This document shows, piece by piece, positions 63,401-64,000 of a stretch of DNA of 64,000 nucleotides. The DNA is from Eledone cirrhosa. Lineage: Eukaryota. The stretch's first letter is position 1, and every line of letters starts with the position of its first letter. The notes below the pieces were generated by a model that had not been told where the DNA came from, did not search any database, and saw only the letters and a program-made list of their open reading frames with translations. The stretch lies in NCBI GenBank assembly GCA_964016885.1, contig OZ024742.1:297228001-297292000 (forward strand), given 5' to 3'. Both the position numbers and the translations under genes were made by a program.

Positions 63401-64000
63401 ATAGATACATTATATAGTTCAGTAATTCTGTAGGAAGTAAAGTAAAAGAAAGCAGAAGAAAAACATATATCTAAAGATGATGAAGAAATGAAAGCCATGA
63501 GGTTGATAACAGGAGATGCAGAGGTTAGAGGTCACAAGACTAACCTTTGATTTAGCAAAACAGTCTTAAAACGCTTGTAGATCTGTATATTCTGTATACA
63601 GTATAACACTCAGAAAACAATGCTAGTGAATCAGTAATTCATTTATCAAGCTGGCAGTCAAGAATGTTATATATATATGCAAATTGATATAGCCATGTTA
63701 ACTGAAGCCACTAGTATCCCTGACCTTATAGACAGTGTCACTGTGTACAGGAAATGAGGATACTTAATCACTGATGAAATACCAGCACAGGATTGAAATT
63801 TGTATGGCAAATCCCTCTTTTTTCTGTCCACAAATATATGAATGGGAAAAATGTCACTGCTCAGAAACTCCATTTACTATCAACATCCAATCCATGATGG
63901 CCTCAAGATGCCATTACTAATGATGTGCAGACATGTGTTATAGATAATGCACCCACAGAATTACCTCAAATGACACAATGATGATGACTATGAAAGTAAA

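Noticed and set aside
63560-64000. Possible decayed APE domain (QIDIAMLTE..APT)
   Set aside because: Too degraded and cut by the window edge to support a call

Overview
Eukaryotic, AT-rich, microsatellite-laden DNA with no recognisable host gene. The repeat content suggests a cephalopod (octopus-like) genome, but that is inference. The window is a mosaic of mobile elements: four Penelope-like retroelements (PLEs; RT plus GIY-YIG), three with fold-back structure, nested in (TA)n tracts; two decayed RTE LINEs plus a 3' fragment with a 7x112-bp array; a Tx1/L1-type LINE and an R4/Dong-type LINE tail-to-tail in one (TTA)n tract; a Chapaev3-type DNA transposon with TTA target-site duplication; tRNA-derived SINEs and several MITEs. 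The most notable signal is at least five sequence-unrelated families of type I hammerhead ribozyme motifs that I could fold by eye. Most sit in fold-back insertions with one-sided ~45-80 nt tails. Two non-coding families are circularly permuted (monomers ~327 and ~464 nt), as expected for retrozyme-like elements copied from circular or multimeric RNA by PLE enzymes. All calls were made by reading the sequence; no searches or folding programs were run.
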